The notes below the pieces were generated by a model. It did no database searches and was not told the DNA's origin. It was given only the letters and a program-made list of their open reading frames with translations. Below, piece by piece: positions 61,280 through 64,000 of a stretch of DNA of 64,000 nucleotides (the stretch's first letter is position 1; each line of letters starts with the position of its first letter). The translations under genes were made by a program, and so were the position numbers. Origin of the DNA: Nitrospirota bacterium (GTDB lineage Bacteria > Nitrospirota > Nitrospiria > Nitrospirales > Nitrospiraceae). The stretch is taken from positions 1-64,000 of the forward strand of contig CAVPBK010000002.1 of the NCBI GenBank assembly GCA_963701855.1. The letters run 5' to 3'.

Positions 61280-63118
61280 ATGCCACCGACAATTCTCTTG
61301 AGCTGCGAGTCCATCAGCAAAAGCTACGGCGTGAAACCGCTGTTTGCCGATTTGTCGATTTGGTTGGCCGAGGGCGACCATGTCGGATTGGTCGGACCTA
61401 ACGGCTCCGGTAAATCAACCTTGCTGAAGATCATGGCAGGGATCGAAGAACCGGATGAGGGTACCAGATCGATGCGCCGACAACTCCGCATCGGCTATGT
61501 ACCGCAAGACCCGTCATTTCACGGAACGCATACGATCGAAGAAGTCCTCGCACAGGTCCTGATCGATGAAGGTCATGACCCCCACGACCATAGCAGTCGC
61601 ACCTCCGCGGCGCTCAGCCTGGGAGAGTTTCCCACAACCGATCAATCCACGGCCACGCTCTCCGGAGGATGGAAAAAGCGCCTGGCCATCGTCCGGTCGC
61701 TGATGCTGGAGCCGGATGTCCTGTTGATGGACGAGCCGACCAACCATTTGGATGTTGAAGGCATCCTGTGGCTGGAGCGATTGTTACGGGCTGAAGCACG
61801 CGCCTTTCTCGTCGTGAGCCACGATCGGCGTTTTCTAGAAGCGGTGACGTCGCGGATGATCGAACTGAATCGCAGTTACCCCACCGGGGTATTCGAGGCC
61901 AAAGGAAACTACAGCGATTTCCTGGAGCAGCGAGATGCCGCGTTGCATGCGCAAGCCAACTATGAAGCGTCATTAGCCAACCGTGTCCGCCGCGAAGTAG
62001 AGTGGCTCCGGCGCGGGCCCAAAGCCCGCACGACGAAAGCCAAATCGCGAATCGATTCGGCCGGCCGCTTGATCGAGGAACTGAATAGCGCCGACGCTCG
62101 AAAAGACCAAGGCACGGCGGGCATCAATTTCACCTCATCAGGGCGCAGGTCGAAACAGTTGATCGAGGCCACTCAACTCTGTAAATCGCTCGGCGGCCAG
62201 CCGATCATAAAGGATCTTGACCTCCTGCTCGGACCGGGACAGCGGCTTGGATTACTGGGTCCGAATGGAAGCGGGAAGAGCACACTTCTAAAATTGGTGG
62301 CGGGCATACTCAAGCCAGATGCAGGCACCATCATCCGTGCAGACAAGCTGCGCGTGGTCACGTTCGAACAACACCGTGAATCGCTGGACCAATCTTCTTC
62401 GCTCCGTCGATCCCTCACCCCGCACGGCGATTCGGTCGTCTATCAAGATCGTTCAATACATCTCGTTTCCTGGGCAAAACGGTTCCTTTTCAGACCTGAG
62501 CAGTTGGATCTCCCGGTCTCCCGCCTCTCCGGAGGCGAACAGGCGCGCCTCCTCATCGCACGGCTCATGCTGCAACCAGCCGACCTCTTGATCCTGGACG
62601 AACCGACGAACGACTTGGACATTCCGACGCTCGATGTATTGGAAGATAGTCTGCTGGAATTCCCCGGTGCGTTGATGCTGGTTACACACGACCGGTGGCT
62701 CTTAGACCGCGTATCTACCATGCTGCTCGCGCTGGACGGCACAGGCAAGACCGAATGGTTCGCCGACTATGCACAATGGGAGTCCGCACAAGAACGAAAG
62801 ACAGCAGAACAGACTCGTGCCTCGACGTCGCGCCCCTCCAAGGCATCCCGGTCGGAATCGGCTCCGAAGGCCAAGCGAACAGGCCTGTCCTACCGTGAGC
62901 AAAAGGAGTGGGCAAAGATGGAGCAGCGAATACTCCAGGCCGAGGAGACCATCGCCGCCTGTCAAGCCGCAGTGGAAGATCCTGCCATAGCCTCCAACGC
63001 GACAGCGTTGCAAGAAAGATCCGAAGCGCTGGACGCAGCCCGCACGGCCGCGGAGAGGCTCTATAACCGCTGGACCGAACTCGAGGGAAAACAGACAGAG
63101 TCTGCCGGCCAGCCCTAG
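61280..63118 (+). CDS. uup: ABC-F family ATPase (Uup-like)
   Basis: Two ABC domains, WLRRGPKARTTK linker, LSYREQKE C-terminal coiled coil. Confidence 0.88.
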   Translation: MPPTILLSCESISKSYGVKPLFADLSIWLAEGDHVGLVGPNGSGKSTLLKIMAGIEEPDEGTRSMRRQLRIGYVPQDPSFHGTHTIEEVLAQVLIDEGHDPHDHSSRTSAALSLGEFPTTDQSTATLSGGWKKRLAIVRSLMLEPDVLLMDEPTNHLDVEGILWLERLLRAEARAFLVVSHDRRFLEAVTSRMIELNRSYPTGVFEAKGNYSDFLEQRDAALHAQANYEASLANRVRREVEWLRRGPKARTTKAKSRIDSAGRLIEELNSADARKDQGTAGINFTSSGRRSKQLIEATQLCKSLGGQPIIKDLDLLLGPGQRLGLLGPNGSGKSTLLKLVAGILKPDAGTIIRADKLRVVTFEQHRESLDQSSSLRRSLTPHGDSVVYQDRSIHLVSWAKRFLFRPEQLDLPVSRLSGGEQARLLIARLMLQPADLLILDEPTNDLDIPTLDVLEDSLLEFPGALMLVTHDRWLLDRVSTMLLALDGTGKTEWFADYAQWESAQERKTAEQTRASTSRPSKASRSESAPKAKRTGLSYREQKEWAKMEQRILQAEETIAACQAAVEDPAIASNATALQERSEALDAARTAAERLYNRWTELEGKQTESAGQP

Positions 63119-63178
63119 CATCTCTGGTTCATACGGTTTGTCTTATTTATTTGGTTTGCTTGGTTGAACGAGACGGAC

Positions 63179-64000
63179 TAGAGCGTTTTTGGTTTACGTC
63201 TTTACATAGCCTGAGGATGCAAAGTAGCGCGTGCATTCGTCGGGTGTGAAGCGGTCAAGCAGCCTCCCGATTTCATTCCAGAGCGCGTCCACGGTGCGCA
63301 TGGCGGCTTTGCGGAGCAGCGCTTTGAGTTTGGCGAACAGTTTTTCGATGGGATTCAGATCGGGGGAATACGGCGGGAGATAGCGGATGTGTGCCCCCAC
63401 CGCCTCAAGCGCCTCTTTGACGCCCGCCACTTTGTGACTCCGTAAGTTGTCGGCGATGACGATGTCGCCCGAGTGCAGCGTCGGGCATAAGCACTCCTGG
63501 ACATATTTTAGAAAGAGGGCTCCCGTCATGGCGCCATCCGCCACCATCGGCGCGGAGATGTCATCATGACGCAGCCCAGCAACGAAGGTGGTGGTGTGCC
63601 AATGTCCGTGCGGTACAGAGGCAACGCACCGTTCGCCGCGTGGGGCGCGTCCGTAGCGCCGCGCCATGTTCGTCGATGCCCCCGTTTCATCTAGAAAGAC
63701 CAGTTTCGTGATGTCCAGAGCGGGTTGGGATGCCTGCCACTCACGCCGTGCGGCTTGCACGTCGGCGCGATCTCGCTCGCTGGCGTGTAGGGTTTTTTTT
63801 AAGCGTGAGCTTCCATTTGTCGAGTTGATGCCACAAGGCGGGTACCTTAATCGCAATCCCGTGTGCTGCCAATCGGGCACACATCTCCGCGAGTGTCAGA
63901 TCTCCTGTTTCCTTCAGCCAAGCCCGCAGGGTCGGCTCCATCCCAGCCAACCGGGACTGCCGATGGCCTCCAATTGGTCGCTTGCCGTCAGCGAGACATT
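63179..64000 (-). mobile_element. IS630-family element (runs off the window); orfA/orfB joined at an A8 slippery site (63793-63800)
   Basis: DDE_3 core VFLDETG, IADNL..HK, LPPYSPDLNPIE; HTH orfA DLTLAEM...KLTLKK; end next to TA. Confidence 0.93.

Overview
Bacterial chromosome segment whose gene content looks most like Nitrospira (inference from gene families and synteny I recognise; not checked by search). Bases ~1-11385 are an accessory island abutting the 3' end of a tRNA-Lys(TTT). It holds a frameshifted Zn-alcohol dehydrogenase, a cupredoxin, a His-rich miniprotein, an IS3 element truncating rmuC, an OLD-family ATPase-TOPRIM nuclease, a Crp/Fnr regulator and a sigma54-preceded operon of three SmpA/OmlA-like lipoproteins. 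The rest is mostly core genes: purA, tRNA-Ala, two ABC-F ATPases, rarA, folE-queD, erpA-fdx-orphan nuoF, mdh, a CbbO/NorD-like VWA protein and CbbQ/NorQ, a ferredoxin:thioredoxin reductase subunit, an ATP-grasp/KamA/dcd/glycosyltransferase cluster, grxD-bolA, a sigma54-preceded two-kinase/heme-c operon, a class A PBP, an SSS transporter and two FKBP paralogs. Small single-gene insertions, a toxin-antitoxin hot spot and a terminal IS630 interrupt it. The most striking unexplained structure is non-coding: at least 12 copies of a ~47-nt bulged-hairpin core with clear compensatory base changes inside unrelated outer stems. There are also two tRNA-Arg-like att remnants, two MITE families and several short-period palindromic repeat families. 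Six single-base indels in the first 4.5 kb may be sequencing errors.
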